From Nitrospirota bacterium (GTDB taxonomy: Bacteria; Nitrospirota; UBA9217): 64,000 nucleotides of DNA. A model generated the notes under the pieces. It was not told the origin of the DNA. It made no database searches and was given only the letters and a program-made list of their open reading frames with translations. Shown here in pieces: positions 53,580 to 62,963 of the stretch. Position 1 is the stretch's first letter. Every line of letters begins with the position of its first letter. The stretch lies in the NCBI GenBank assembly GCA_963790205.1, contig CAWBNQ010000001.1, positions 96,001 to 160,000 of the forward strand, in the 5' to 3' direction. Made by a program: the position numbers and the translations under genes.

Positions 53580-55130
53580 ATGAAGAAAAATAATATGCGA
53601 ACCTGCGCCATGATTGCGTCGTTCCTTTTCGCGAGCCTCGCCCTTATGTCATGCGGCCAATCCGGTAGTGGCGGCAGCGCAACCAATGCAGTCTCAGCGT
53701 CGTCTCCGGGCACTGGTGCCGTGAAAAGCACGATCTCGGGCGTGGTGAAAGACATCGTAACAGGCTCGGCGATCGCGGGAGCAACCGTGACCGCCAGCGC
53801 ACAGAATACAGTCACGGATTCCAGCGGCGCCTACAGCCTGAAGGTCGCAGCGGGCAGCAACACCCTGTCGGCGTCTGCGACGGGGTATCTTGCAACGTAC
53901 CAGACCACGACCGTCGCCCAGCGAGCGACCCAAACACTGAACTGGGCCCTTACTAAGACATACGGAAACCAGACGATCCCCGCGACAAGCATGAATTACG
54001 TGATCTTTGCCTGGAACGACCTCGGCATGCATTGTGACCAGGACGACTATTCCAATTTCTGTGTCCTGCCGCCTTTTAACACGCTCCATGTCCAGGTTTT
54101 CCGGCGCGGCGGGGACGCCGGCCTCATGACCAGCGGCATTACGGTGAGTTACGCTTTTCCAAAAAAGACCAATTCCACGCTCCATACCAACTTCTGGACC
54201 TATGCCCCGCAGTTCGGCTGGAACGTGCCGCCCAACGTGGGCATCACCGGCACCCCCCTGGCGGGGAATATGAGTCTTGACTCCAAGGGAGTGGGGTTTG
54301 TCGCTACGGGAATTCCCATCACCCCCTATGATGATGACGGGACATGGGACCCCTACGGGACGGCCGTGATCACGGTGAAGGACAGCAGCGGCAACGTGCT
54401 TCAGTCCGCCAATGTCGTGGCGCCGGTGTCCACCGAGATGATGTGCAGCAACTGTCACGGCACGACGAACACGCAGCTGAATATCCTGCAGGCGCATGAC
54501 AGCCACAACGGGACGACCCTGGCCGCCGATCAGGCCAGCGGGGTCGTTCACCTGTGCGGGTCCTGCCATCAGGATAACGCTCTCGGGACGCCCGGTCAGG
54601 CGGGGGTCGAGAGCCTCTCCCTGGCCATGCATAATTTCCACAAGGACAAAATGAACACCACGGCAACTGCGTCCGGCACCACACCCGACTGCTACAACTG
54701 CCACCCCGGACCGAAGACCGAATGCATGCGCGGGATCATGTACCGTGCCGGGAAGTCCTGTCACGATTGCCACGGGGATATGTATGGCATGACGAACTCC
54801 CTGTTGAGCGGCCGCCAGCCCTGGCTGCAGGAGCCGCAGTGCGGAAGCTGCCATGACGCCAGCCACGCGGAGAACAGCAACACGCACTATCGCAACTCCG
54901 TCCTCCTGAACGGACCGGACGGCGATATGAACAACAGAATTTACTGCGAAGCCTGCCACAACAGCACCCACGGCGAATATACGACGTCCAATCCGGCGGA
55001 CACTTCCATAACCCAGAAGTTCCAGGGCGACACCTACTGGATCTGGAATTGCGATGTCTGCCATACCAACATGTCGCAGCGACCGATGCATAGCGGCAGC
55101 ATCACGCACACGAACGGCTACAACAACTGA
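53580..55130 (+). CDS. Lipoprotein multiheme cytochrome c (7 CxxCH) with an N-terminal carboxypeptidase-regulatory-like domain
   Basis: GGAGG RBS, lipobox LMSC, WNDLGMHC, and CSNCH/CGSCH/CYNCH/CHDCH/CGSCH/CEACH/CDVCH. Confidence 0.92.
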   Translation: MKKNNMRTCAMIASFLFASLALMSCGQSGSGGSATNAVSASSPGTGAVKSTISGVVKDIVTGSAIAGATVTASAQNTVTDSSGAYSLKVAAGSNTLSASATGYLATYQTTTVAQRATQTLNWALTKTYGNQTIPATSMNYVIFAWNDLGMHCDQDDYSNFCVLPPFNTLHVQVFRRGGDAGLMTSGITVSYAFPKKTNSTLHTNFWTYAPQFGWNVPPNVGITGTPLAGNMSLDSKGVGFVATGIPITPYDDDGTWDPYGTAVITVKDSSGNVLQSANVVAPVSTEMMCSNCHGTTNTQLNILQAHDSHNGTTLAADQASGVVHLCGSCHQDNALGTPGQAGVESLSLAMHNFHKDKMNTTATASGTTPDCYNCHPGPKTECMRGIMYRAGKSCHDCHGDMYGMTNSLLSGRQPWLQEPQCGSCHDASHAENSNTHYRNSVLLNGPDGDMNNRIYCEACHNSTHGEYTTSNPADTSITQKFQGDTYWIWNCDVCHTNMSQRPMHSGSITHTNGYNN

Positions 55131-55139
55131 GAACTCTTT

Positions 55140-55167
55140 CGGCAGGAGGGCATGTGCCCTTCTGCCG
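55140..55167 (+). terminator. Hairpin after the cytochrome gene
   Basis: CGGCAGGAGGGCA/TGCCCTTCTGCCG stem; lacks a clear U-tract. Confidence 0.5.
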
Positions 55168-55233
55168 GACTTAAAGCGACTATCCGGGGAAGCAGGTAAA
55201 CCCGTTATTACGTAATGCCGGAGGATATGAAAA

Positions 55234-55629
55234 TTGAAAAGCAGATATATGATACTCGCAATGCTCCTGGCAGTGGTCGCGATCATGCTGGGAGCAGGCT
55301 GTCACTCCGATAGAGATAATCCGAAAGATCTTCTCAACACATACTTCACAGCAGCGGTCAGACAGGACTACGCCGCAGTCTACCCTTGCTATTACAGCGC
55401 TTACCAGGCGAAGGTAAGCAAGGACGAATATATCCGCCACCGCAAGGAGGCATCCGTGCTTCGGGCCTATACCGTGAAGTCGATCATGGAACAGGGCAAT
55501 ACCGCGCGGGCCAAGGTCGAACTCACGTTCGAGCCGTCGCAAAAGCTGAAGCGGGACCGTCCTGTTTCGACTGTGGTCACGGAAGAGATGGTACGCGAGA
55601 GCGGTGAATGGAAGATTAAAGTCTGGTAG
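55234..55629 (+). CDS. Hypothetical lipoprotein (DUF4878/NTF2-like)
   Basis: GGAGG RBS, lipobox-like GAGC, C-terminal VRESGEWKI. Confidence 0.7.
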   Translation: MKSRYMILAMLLAVVAIMLGAGCHSDRDNPKDLLNTYFTAAVRQDYAAVYPCYYSAYQAKVSKDEYIRHRKEASVLRAYTVKSIMEQGNTARAKVELTFEPSQKLKRDRPVSTVVTEEMVRESGEWKIKVW

Positions 55630-55740
55630 CCCGAGGTAAACGCGTTTAATGATTGCGGCCGTGCTGATAGGGGCCGGGGAGGACAAATATCCGCGAATGC
55701 CGGCGGTTTTGAGGGGATACTTAGAAAAAGGGGCCACTTC

Positions 55741-56262
55741 TTACTTTGCAAGATACTTCATGATTTCGGCTTTATGCTGCCGCACATACTCGCAGCTCGG
55801 GTCGCTGCCGCACTTCCGGCATTTTAAATCGTAGGCGGAATTTAACGTGCGGCATTTGGGACAGGAATAATGCTCGGTCATTTCCGCGTACCACTTTTCA
55901 TATCCGACTTCCTTGATCCGCGCCTGTGATTTCCATAATTCGATCCGATGCGGCATTTCGGTCTGGAAGGCCTTCAGGTCTTTGCAGGGATATTCCGCGC
56001 ATTCGCCGCAAAAGGCCACTCCCTTTGCCTCGGCGCACTTAGACATTATGCATTTGCTCTCGCAGTAAAAGCCTCGCTTCTCCGACCGGCACCCGTTGCA
56101 CTGCATTTCCTCGAGGGAACGCTTCAGGCGGCGGGCCATCCCCTCAAGCCTTGCGGGCTCTTCTTTTGTCCCGATAAAAACGTGGCACGCGGGGCAAAAT
56201 AACCCGCAGACGGCAGCAAGGCGTTTGTCTGCATTGTGAGACGGCTTTTCAGCTTCTTTCAT
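55741..56262 (-). CDS. DUF3795 Cys-rich protein with an extra C-terminal CxxC-CxxC ribbon
   Basis: VCGLFCPAC, CNGCRS, FCGECAEYPC, CPKC...CRKC. Confidence 0.82.
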   Translation of the reverse strand: MKEAEKPSHNADKRLAAVCGLFCPACHVFIGTKEEPARLEGMARRLKRSLEEMQCNGCRSEKRGFYCESKCIMSKCAEAKGVAFCGECAEYPCKDLKAFQTEMPHRIELWKSQARIKEVGYEKWYAEMTEHYSCPKCRTLNSAYDLKCRKCGSDPSCEYVRQHKAEIMKYLAK

Positions 56263-56278
56263 AATGCTCCTTCAATTG

Positions 56279-56707
56279 TTATACGACGAGAATTTTGTAT
56301 TCGGTTACTATCTCGGCGTTGCCCTTCACCATCGCCCACACGGGGCAAACCGATTCCTCCGCGAGCTTGATGGACTTCTGCATATCAACGTCTTTCACAT
56401 CAGGTGAGTTCACAGTAAATTCCATCAGGATCTTCTGAAATGATGTCGGGTGCTGTTCGCGCCGTGTTCCTTTTACGTTTACCTTGATTGCGGATACGGT
56501 CTTTCCCATTTTCCTGAGTAAAATACCGATGGTCCCCCCGCTGCAGGCGCCGAGACTCATAAGGAGCATCTCAAGCGGCAGATAGCCCTGCCCATCCCCG
56601 AGCGGAGGAATATAGTCGATCGCGATCGGCGGAAGCGTTCTCAAAACCCCCGTGTAACCCAGTTTCTGGTTCGTCGAATTTACAGTCACTTCTAATTGTC
56701 CAGCCAT
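56279..56707 (-). CDS. OsmC/Ohr-family protein
   Basis: PLEMLLMSLGACSG...ESVCPV. Confidence 0.88.
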   Translation of the reverse strand: MAGQLEVTVNSTNQKLGYTGVLRTLPPIAIDYIPPLGDGQGYLPLEMLLMSLGACSGGTIGILLRKMGKTVSAIKVNVKGTRREQHPTSFQKILMEFTVNSPDVKDVDMQKSIKLAEESVCPVWAMVKGNAEIVTEYKILVV

Positions 56708-56758
56708 CAGAGCCTCCCTTGAAAGTATGATCCTGAGATTACTTCCGGCGTCTGTTGA

Positions 56759-57190
56759 TCAATCAGCCTGTCCTTTTCCCATGACAAATGAGCCGGTAAA
56801 ATATTTCTTCCGTATTTGCGCAGCCTCTTCGTCGATCCAGCGTTCAAGCCCAATCTTCTTGATGCGGCAAAGATTGTAAAGCTTCGTGTTGTGCGGCAGG
56901 GTTGCCGCCTTGTCGGCAGTCGGCGCGAGATAAGCGCATGGAAAATCGTTGCAGTCGCTGCACAGGGCAACGACCTTTGCCTTGACGCAATCCAGGGTCG
57001 CACACCCGTGAGGCAGATGAAAATGCTTGCCGTCTTGCTTACGGCAGCCCTTGCAGGCCACTTCTTTTTTCGGCACGCCGAATTTGGCATGGATCGACTC
57101 AACGAGCTCGTCCGTCAAATTGTCCTCGTGAAAATCGCAGAGAAAGCAGGCCAGGCCGCATGGCGCTGTTAAAGCCTTTTTGTTTTTCAT
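56759..57190 (-). CDS. DUF3795 Cys-rich protein
   Basis: APCGLACFLC, CKGCR, CSDCNDFPC, PHNTKLYNL. Confidence 0.85.
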   Translation of the reverse strand: MKNKKALTAPCGLACFLCDFHEDNLTDELVESIHAKFGVPKKEVACKGCRKQDGKHFHLPHGCATLDCVKAKVVALCSDCNDFPCAYLAPTADKAATLPHNTKLYNLCRIKKIGLERWIDEEAAQIRKKYFTGSFVMGKGQAD

Positions 57191-57234
57191 GGTTCCTCCT
57201 TATCATAACACCTGTGTCGATAATAGCCGGCCTA

Positions 57235-57663
57235 TTAAAGCTGCGGTCCTTTGCCGATCACCATCTTGCCGCGGTAATAGCGCTGCTTGAACTCGGGTTC
57301 TTTTTCCAGGAGCTTGGCCACGCCGTGCTGTTTGATGAAAGTCAAATGAAAAACTTTGAGATTGTGCGGCAGGACGTCCGCCCGGTCCGACGCCGGATTC
57401 AGTTTTGCGCAGGGGAAATCCTTGCACTCAAAGCAGAAGTCGTGCCCGCGGCCGCTCACGCAGGCATGGGTCGCACAGGCGCCCTCGATGAGCTGATGTT
57501 TTCCCTTTGCGGATCTGCATCCTGGGCAGGGCACGCCGTTCCAGTTTACCCTCTTTTTCAGTCCCTCCCCCAACGACGGATCGTCCTTGACCTTATACAT
57601 AGGGCACGAGCCGCAGTGTATCCCGCAGGGCGCGACGAGGGTGATGTCGTCTTTTGTCTTCAT
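57235..57663 (-). CDS. DUF3795 Cys-rich protein
   Basis: APCGIHCGSC, CPGCRS, FCFECKDFPC, PHNLKVFHL. Confidence 0.85.
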   Translation of the reverse strand: MKTKDDITLVAPCGIHCGSCPMYKVKDDPSLGEGLKKRVNWNGVPCPGCRSAKGKHQLIEGACATHACVSGRGHDFCFECKDFPCAKLNPASDRADVLPHNLKVFHLTFIKQHGVAKLLEKEPEFKQRYYRGKMVIGKGPQL

Positions 57664-57694
57664 AAAAAAATCCTCCTTTTTGGTTGTCTGTCAG

Positions 57695-57723
57695 TTAGAC
57701 CGGCTTGGAGGGCAAAGGTTACA
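57695..57723 (-). promoter_or_regulatory. ECF-type promoter upstream of the DUF3795/OsmC genes
   Basis: Minus strand TGTAAC-N17-GTCTAA. Confidence 0.6.
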
Positions 57724-57729
57724 AAAAGA

Positions 57730-58512
57730 TCAGGAAAAAATCGACCACTCGTTCCGCTGAATGCCGCACCTGACTCTTTCCACAAAGGCGTCATCGGCCC
57801 CGCTTTTGTACATGTCCAGATAGAAAGCACGGAGCGTCCGCAGGTTGATAACTTCTTTCTTGGCTTGCACGTTGATCGGCGGGAGGGGCTGTACGGGGGC
57901 GTCCTTTGAAATCATTCCCTTTGATACCGCGAAGCAGACCCACTGTTTGCAATTGCAGGGATTGTCCTTCTTGATGAACTGGCACATGTTCTCCATGTAC
58001 CCGAACCATCGCTTCTTGGCTCGGTGAAGCGTCGTTTTGACCGAGCCGACCGAACAGTCGAGAATTTCCGCGATCTGCTTGTGCGGCAGGTCCAGCGTGA
58101 TCGCCAGGCAGAACACCTTCCGCTCGTTCGCTTGGAGGCACTCGGTCAGGGCATGCAGGCATTTGATCCTGACCTGGTAGGCGAGAAGCTCTGTTTCAGG
58201 ATTGTTCGCGGGATTCGTATCGATGATTTCTTCGTGAGAAAATCCCATGTCCTCGGTCAACATCCGGTAGGGGACCTTACTCCGGTATTTCAGGTGGTCA
58301 TTGGCAACGTTGAGGGTAATTCGATAGATCCAGGTAAAAAAGGAGCTTTCTCCGCGGAAAGTGTCATAGGAACGAAAAGCGCGGAAAAAGGCCTCCTGGG
58401 CAATGTCCTCGGCGTCGTGCGCATTGCCTGCGAGCGACAGGGCCAGCCGGTAGACCTTCGGCTGGTTGTCGCGGTACAGCTGGTCAAATGTATTTATTTC
58501 CTCCCTGGTCAT
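57730..58512 (-). CDS. ECF sigma factor with a Cys-rich C-terminal extension
   Basis: DAEDIAQEAF, FRGESSFFTWIYRI, region 4 HTH, tail CQFIKKDNPCNCKQWVC. Confidence 0.9.
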   Translation of the reverse strand: MTREEINTFDQLYRDNQPKVYRLALSLAGNAHDAEDIAQEAFFRAFRSYDTFRGESSFFTWIYRITLNVANDHLKYRSKVPYRMLTEDMGFSHEEIIDTNPANNPETELLAYQVRIKCLHALTECLQANERKVFCLAITLDLPHKQIAEILDCSVGSVKTTLHRAKKRWFGYMENMCQFIKKDNPCNCKQWVCFAVSKGMISKDAPVQPLPPINVQAKKEVINLRTLRAFYLDMYKSGADDAFVERVRCGIQRNEWSIFS

Positions 58513-58780
58513 GGGCAACCCTCTCTCATTCTGCGGGAAAAGTCCGGTAACGTGCATAGACGATCGAGCTTGGCGTTCTCCGAAGAATGGTACAATAAAT
58601 GTTCTGGTATGGCAAGAGCATTCATTGTTATACAGGTTATTGAAAAAATGAACCAGTGACAAACATGCAGGACGCTCTTCCTCGGCGTCGATGCGGGGCA
58701 GCAAAAGCACATCGCGAGCACGATAGCCTTACCGTTAAGAAGCGCAAAATCATTCTCCAGGAAACGTCGCGAAAATTATA

Positions 58781-58809
58781 TTGACAGACAAGTCTGTATA
58801 GTATACATT
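58781..58809 (+). promoter_or_regulatory. Sigma70 promoter with overlapping TetR operator 1
   Basis: TTGACA-N17-TACATT; palindrome ACAGACAAGTCTGT at 58784-58797. Confidence 0.75.
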
Positions 58810-58810
58810 C

Positions 58811-59404
58811 GTGTCCATGAAACGAGACGCATCTCAGAGCGAGGCACGGCAGCGCATCATCAAAACCGCCCTCGAACTGTTTTATCGACAGGGATACCTC
58901 GCCACGGGCATCAATCAGGTCATTGCCGAATCCGGCGTTTCAAAAAATACTTTCTATTATTACTTTCCGTCCAAAGACGATCTCTGCGTTGCCTATCTCC
59001 AGGAACGCCACAAGGTATGGATGGGGTGGCTGCTTGACCATTTGGATGTAAAGCCGACACCATACAAAAAACTCATCGGACTCTTCGACTTCCTGGACAA
59101 GTGGCTGCGTGAATGCGATTTCCGCGGGTGCGCTTTCCTGAACATCGCCACCGAAGTGCCCGATGTAAACCACAGGATCCGGAAAGAGGTCATTCTGCAT
59201 AAGGATGATTTAAGAAAGCTCTTTCATCGCTTGCTTTCTGACTTAAAAAAATCGGGAATAGCGTTTTCCGGCATCGATGTACCGCTATTATCGGATTTTC
59301 TCTACGTACTGTTTGAAGGGACCATCAGCTCGTGCCAGAACTACAGCGATGCAAAGCTTGTGGAAAAAGCGCGCAAAAGTTTTGAAATGATGCTTAAGGG
59401 TTGA
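58811..59404 (+). CDS. TetR/AcrR-family regulator
   Basis: ELFYRQGYLATGINQVIAESGVSKNTFYYYFPSK, RGCAF. Confidence 0.93.
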   Translation: MSMKRDASQSEARQRIIKTALELFYRQGYLATGINQVIAESGVSKNTFYYYFPSKDDLCVAYLQERHKVWMGWLLDHLDVKPTPYKKLIGLFDFLDKWLRECDFRGCAFLNIATEVPDVNHRIRKEVILHKDDLRKLFHRLLSDLKKSGIAFSGIDVPLLSDFLYVLFEGTISSCQNYSDAKLVEKARKSFEMMLKG

Positions 59405-59430
59405 AGGCATTTTTTTTACTCACTATTAGT

Positions 59431-59444
59431 ACAGACTTGTCTGT
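59431..59444. promoter_or_regulatory. TetR operator 2
   Basis: ACAGACTTGTCTGT, the reverse complement of operator 1, upstream of the DJ-1 gene. Confidence 0.75.
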
Positions 59445-59550
59445 TTAGCTCTGACGACCATAGGAAAGGAGGCGACGCAGCCAGGGTTTGAAATAAGACG
59501 GGGAACGTTGCGATGCAGCTCAATTTGATTTCAATAAAAAGGAGAAGAAC

Positions 59551-60183
59551 ATGGCAAAAAGACTAGGTATCTATATTTTCAACGGCGCAGAGATCGTTGA
59601 TTGGGCAGGACCCATGGGCGTTTTCGCCGTGGCCCGCAGAATGGACCCCGAGCTGGATGCATTTCTCGTAGCGGACTCCCCCGCGCCGGTCATGGCGACA
59701 GCTAATTTGTCCGTCAATCCCCGGTACGGCCTTGACCAGTCGCCGGACATGGACGCATTCCTGATCCCCGGAGGCATTGGCACGAGAGCGGAGATGCACA
59801 ATGGACGTCTTCTGGATTTTGTGAAGCGTTTGCCGGACAAGACGCTTCTCGTCAGTGTCTGCACCGGTTCCTGGGTGTATGGCGTCGCGGGCCTGCTGGA
59901 CGGAAAAACGGCCACTAATCGCAAGAAAGGCGACTTCAGTGAAAAAATCATCCCGATCGATCGCCTGGCCCAAATCGCACCGAAGTGCAGGATCGACCGT
60001 CACAGGATCGTTGATACGGGAAGGATCATAACCGGCGGCGGCATTTCATCTGGGCTTGAAATGGGGTTCTACCTGCTGGAACGGTTCGGATACGATGAAA
60101 AGTTCGTTAATGATACCGCATTTGTGATGGAATACGAGAAGCAGTGGCAGCTCATGAAGGCCGATCGTTTGGTCGTCGCATAA
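59551..60183 (+). CDS. DJ-1/PfpI-family protein
   Basis: LIPGGIG, SVCTGS, GLLDGK, TGGGISSG. Confidence 0.9.
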   Translation: MAKRLGIYIFNGAEIVDWAGPMGVFAVARRMDPELDAFLVADSPAPVMATANLSVNPRYGLDQSPDMDAFLIPGGIGTRAEMHNGRLLDFVKRLPDKTLLVSVCTGSWVYGVAGLLDGKTATNRKKGDFSEKIIPIDRLAQIAPKCRIDRHRIVDTGRIITGGGISSGLEMGFYLLERFGYDEKFVNDTAFVMEYEKQWQLMKADRLVVA

Positions 60184-60320
60184 TACAGGATGTCACGATG
60201 GAGACACACGGGATGTTGCGCCAGAGATTGATCACGTCCTTTGATGATAGATGCTGCATTCACGGTTCGGTCCTTAACGAGACGGGAAAATCAAATTGAT
60301 GGCACAACGTCCTCTGCTCC

Positions 60321-60881
60321 TTATTGTGTATCTCCAATCATCCCGATGACTTCTTTCGCGCTTAAGACCTTGGCAAAAACAGCGCCCAACGCAGCCATAT
60401 ACGAGCCGTGAACGTGCGCTGCGGGAATGTCAAGACCGTTGAAAACCATGTTCCTCGTTGCGCAGGCATCGTGGGCTACCGTGCAGGCATACCCCAGATC
60501 GAACGCCGCCCGCGTGGTCGTATCGATACACATATGCGACATCATTCCGCAAATAACGAGCTCTTTTATTTCCTTGGAGCGAAGATATTCCTGCAGGTCC
60601 GTGTCGCGGAAGCTGTTCGGAAAATGTTTTTTGATCGTCATTTCACCGGGAAGGGGCTTCACGCTCTCAGCGAAGTCGATTCCCTCCGTATTCGGCAGAA
60701 GAAATGTAGCGTTTGGCCGCGCCGCAATGTGCTGGATATGGACGATTGGCAAATTCTTTTTCCGGAAATGGTCCAGCAGTCTCTTGGCGACTTGAGATGC
60801 CTCGACTGCGCCCACAACCTCCATCTTTCCGTTCGGGAAATAGTCCTGTTGAATATCCACCAACACCAATGCAGGCTTCAT
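60321..60881 (-). CDS. Isochorismatase-family cysteine hydrolase
   Basis: LVLVDIQQDYF, KHFPNSF, GMMSHMCID. Confidence 0.92.
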   Translation of the reverse strand: MKPALVLVDIQQDYFPNGKMEVVGAVEASQVAKRLLDHFRKKNLPIVHIQHIAARPNATFLLPNTEGIDFAESVKPLPGEMTIKKHFPNSFRDTDLQEYLRSKEIKELVICGMMSHMCIDTTTRAAFDLGYACTVAHDACATRNMVFNGLDIPAAHVHGSYMAALGAVFAKVLSAKEVIGMIGDTQ

Positions 60882-60893
60882 GCGCTCTCCTTG

Positions 60894-61278
60894 TCATGCC
60901 GACTTTCGCAAAAGCTCCCGGATTGCCGCGCCGAGTCGACTAATGCCGATCTCAATCGTTTTTTCATCCACGCACGAAAAATTAAGCCGCATGGTCCGCG
61001 TTCTCTTTTTATTCACGTAGAAGGGATCACCGGGCACGAAAATGACCTTGTCCTTTACCGCGATTTCGAACAGGTCAAGCCCAACCGCGCCCCGCGGCAA
61101 CTCGGCCCAGACAAACATTCCCCCTTCGGGCCTGGTATATCTCCTCCGCCGGAAACAACTCCCTGCTGGGCAGACCGCCGGCAAAGGAAATTACCGAAGG
61201 GTCGAGGGTGACCTTCAGTATTTCACGGATAAACGAGCGGGGGACGTCCGTGATCCGGTCGGAAAAGGTGCTGTCTAT
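60894..61278 (-). pseudogene. Internally deleted PLP-dependent aminotransferase (ARO8/LysN-like)
   Basis: AGGAGG RBS then ATA start; N-terminus SFIREILKV...SFAGGLP..ELFPAEEI joined out of frame to C-terminus TRPEGGMFVW...MRLNFS. Confidence 0.85.
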
Positions 61279-61345
61279 AAGGCACCTCCTTTTTCGTGAG
61301 TGTACCAGAAATCATGGAAAAAACAAATATCGGGCCTTTCTTTTA

Positions 61346-62476
61346 TTATGCTTTCATCGCCCGTTCGATATCCTCGATCAAATCGTCCGCCTGCTCGATG
61401 CCCACGGACAGCCTCAAAAGCGAATCGGAGATGCCGGTCCGTTTCCGTTCCGTCGCCGACATCTTGGCGTGCGAGGTAACCGCGGGGGCGCAGATGGTCG
61501 TTTCGACGCCGCCCAGGCTCACGGCGGGCCTGATGATACGAAGGCCCCGGACAAACCGATCGGGATCGACCTTCGCTTCGTCCAGTTCGAACGACAGCAT
61601 CGCGCCGAAGCCGCTCATCTGCGACTTTGCAAGCTCGTGGTACGCAGAGCTCGCGAGGCCCGGGTAATTCACGCGGCGGACCTTGTTATGTTTTTCAAGA
61701 TACTGTGCAATGCTGCCCGCGTTCTCGGTTTGCCGCCCGACCCTGATCGCGAGCGTCATCATGCTTCGCTCCAGAAGTGCGCACGTTGCGGCATTCAGGC
61801 TTCCTCCCAGACTTCTCGCCGCGTCACGGACACGTTCCGCCTTTTCTTTCGTCGTGACCGCGACGCCGCAGCAGATGTCGCTGTGCCCGCCCAGGTATTT
61901 CGTGCCGCTGTGGACCACCACGTCGATGCCGAGCACATAAGGATTTTGATAGAGGGGCGTCGCGAACGTGTTGTCGATGATCGTCACCACGTCCCGCTTC
62001 CGCGCGAAGGCCGCGACCTTCCCGATGTCGATCACGCTCAAAAGCGGGTTGGTCGGCGACTCGATCACGATGACCCTGGTATTCTCCCTGACCGCGCTGC
62101 AGATTGCATCCGCGTCCGTTGCGGCAAACGTGCACGCTATGCCGAACCGGGAAAATTCACTCGTGGCGAACGCGTGCGTTCCGCCGTACAGCTCATCCAT
62201 CATCACCACGTGGTCGCCGGCCCGGGCAAAGGCCAGGATGGAGGAGCTGATCGCCGCCATGCCGGAGCTGAAGAGCGCGCCGTCCTCCGCCCCCTCCAGC
62301 GCGCAGACCTTCGCCACGACCGCGCTCTGGTTCGGCGTGTTGAAATAGCGCGGGTACACGGCTTGTTCCCGGTCGAGGTAATTGAACGCTGTTGATGTGA
62401 AGATTGGCGAGTTCACCCCGCCGTAGATCGTGTCCCTGATCGCTCCGCTGTGCACGCACTGTGTCTCTTTTTTCAT
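61346..62476 (-). CDS. Cys/Met metabolism PLP enzyme (cystathionine gamma-synthase/lyase family)
   Basis: FSSGMAAI, ESPTNP, IDNTFATP, HSGTKYLGGHSD, LRLSVGIE. Confidence 0.93.
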   Translation of the reverse strand: MKKETQCVHSGAIRDTIYGGVNSPIFTSTAFNYLDREQAVYPRYFNTPNQSAVVAKVCALEGAEDGALFSSGMAAISSSILAFARAGDHVVMMDELYGGTHAFATSEFSRFGIACTFAATDADAICSAVRENTRVIVIESPTNPLLSVIDIGKVAAFARKRDVVTIIDNTFATPLYQNPYVLGIDVVVHSGTKYLGGHSDICCGVAVTTKEKAERVRDAARSLGGSLNAATCALLERSMMTLAIRVGRQTENAGSIAQYLEKHNKVRRVNYPGLASSAYHELAKSQMSGFGAMLSFELDEAKVDPDRFVRGLRIIRPAVSLGGVETTICAPAVTSHAKMSATERKRTGISDSLLRLSVGIEQADDLIEDIERAMKA

Positions 62477-62781
62477 TTTAGGCCTCCCGTTCCCTGCATG
62501 ACCGGTCTCTTCTCCTTGCTCAACTCCCGAATTTCCTTGTCGACAAAACACGCGGTGATTGTGCGGTAGGCCTTCTCCGCGATATCCGGGGCAAGCCCTT
62601 TTTCAACCGCTTTTGCCCTGACCCGCTCGATCACCTGCTCGACCCGTTTCGGTTCCCGCACACTTCCTTCGTTTTTCTTCAGCCTGCCGGCAGCGCTTAC
62701 CAGATCCGCCCGCTTCGCCAAGAGCGTGATGATCATGCTGTCGAGGTCGTCGATACTTTTTCTTACTCTCGTGAAATCCAT
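62473..62781 (-). CDS. Chorismate mutase (AroQ/PchB-like)
   Basis: RKSIDDLD..II.LLAKR...AGRLK. Confidence 0.85.
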   Translation of the reverse strand: MDFTRVRKSIDDLDSMIITLLAKRADLVSAAGRLKKNEGSVREPKRVEQVIERVRAKAVEKGLAPDIAEKAYRTITACFVDKEIRELSKEKRPVMQGTGGLK

Positions 62782-62817
62782 GGCCGTCTCCTATTCCCTG
62801 AGCTGTTCCAGCGGCGG

Positions 62818-62963
62818 TTAGATCACTCGCCTGCCGCCGAACATCGTGAATATCCCGTATTTGTAATAGCAGTCCACATCCTTAAATCCGATGCTTCGCA
62901 GCGCATCGAGCTGATCATGAAGCGTATTGGGTTTATTGTCTTTGTTGTCTTTATAACCCTCAT
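62818..62963 (-). pseudogene. C-terminal remnant of a class I SAM methyltransferase
   Basis: DNKPNTLHDQLDALRSIGFKDVDCYYKYGIFTMFGGRR parallels the neighbour's C-terminus; its ATG (ATGA overlap) is out of frame. Confidence 0.75.
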
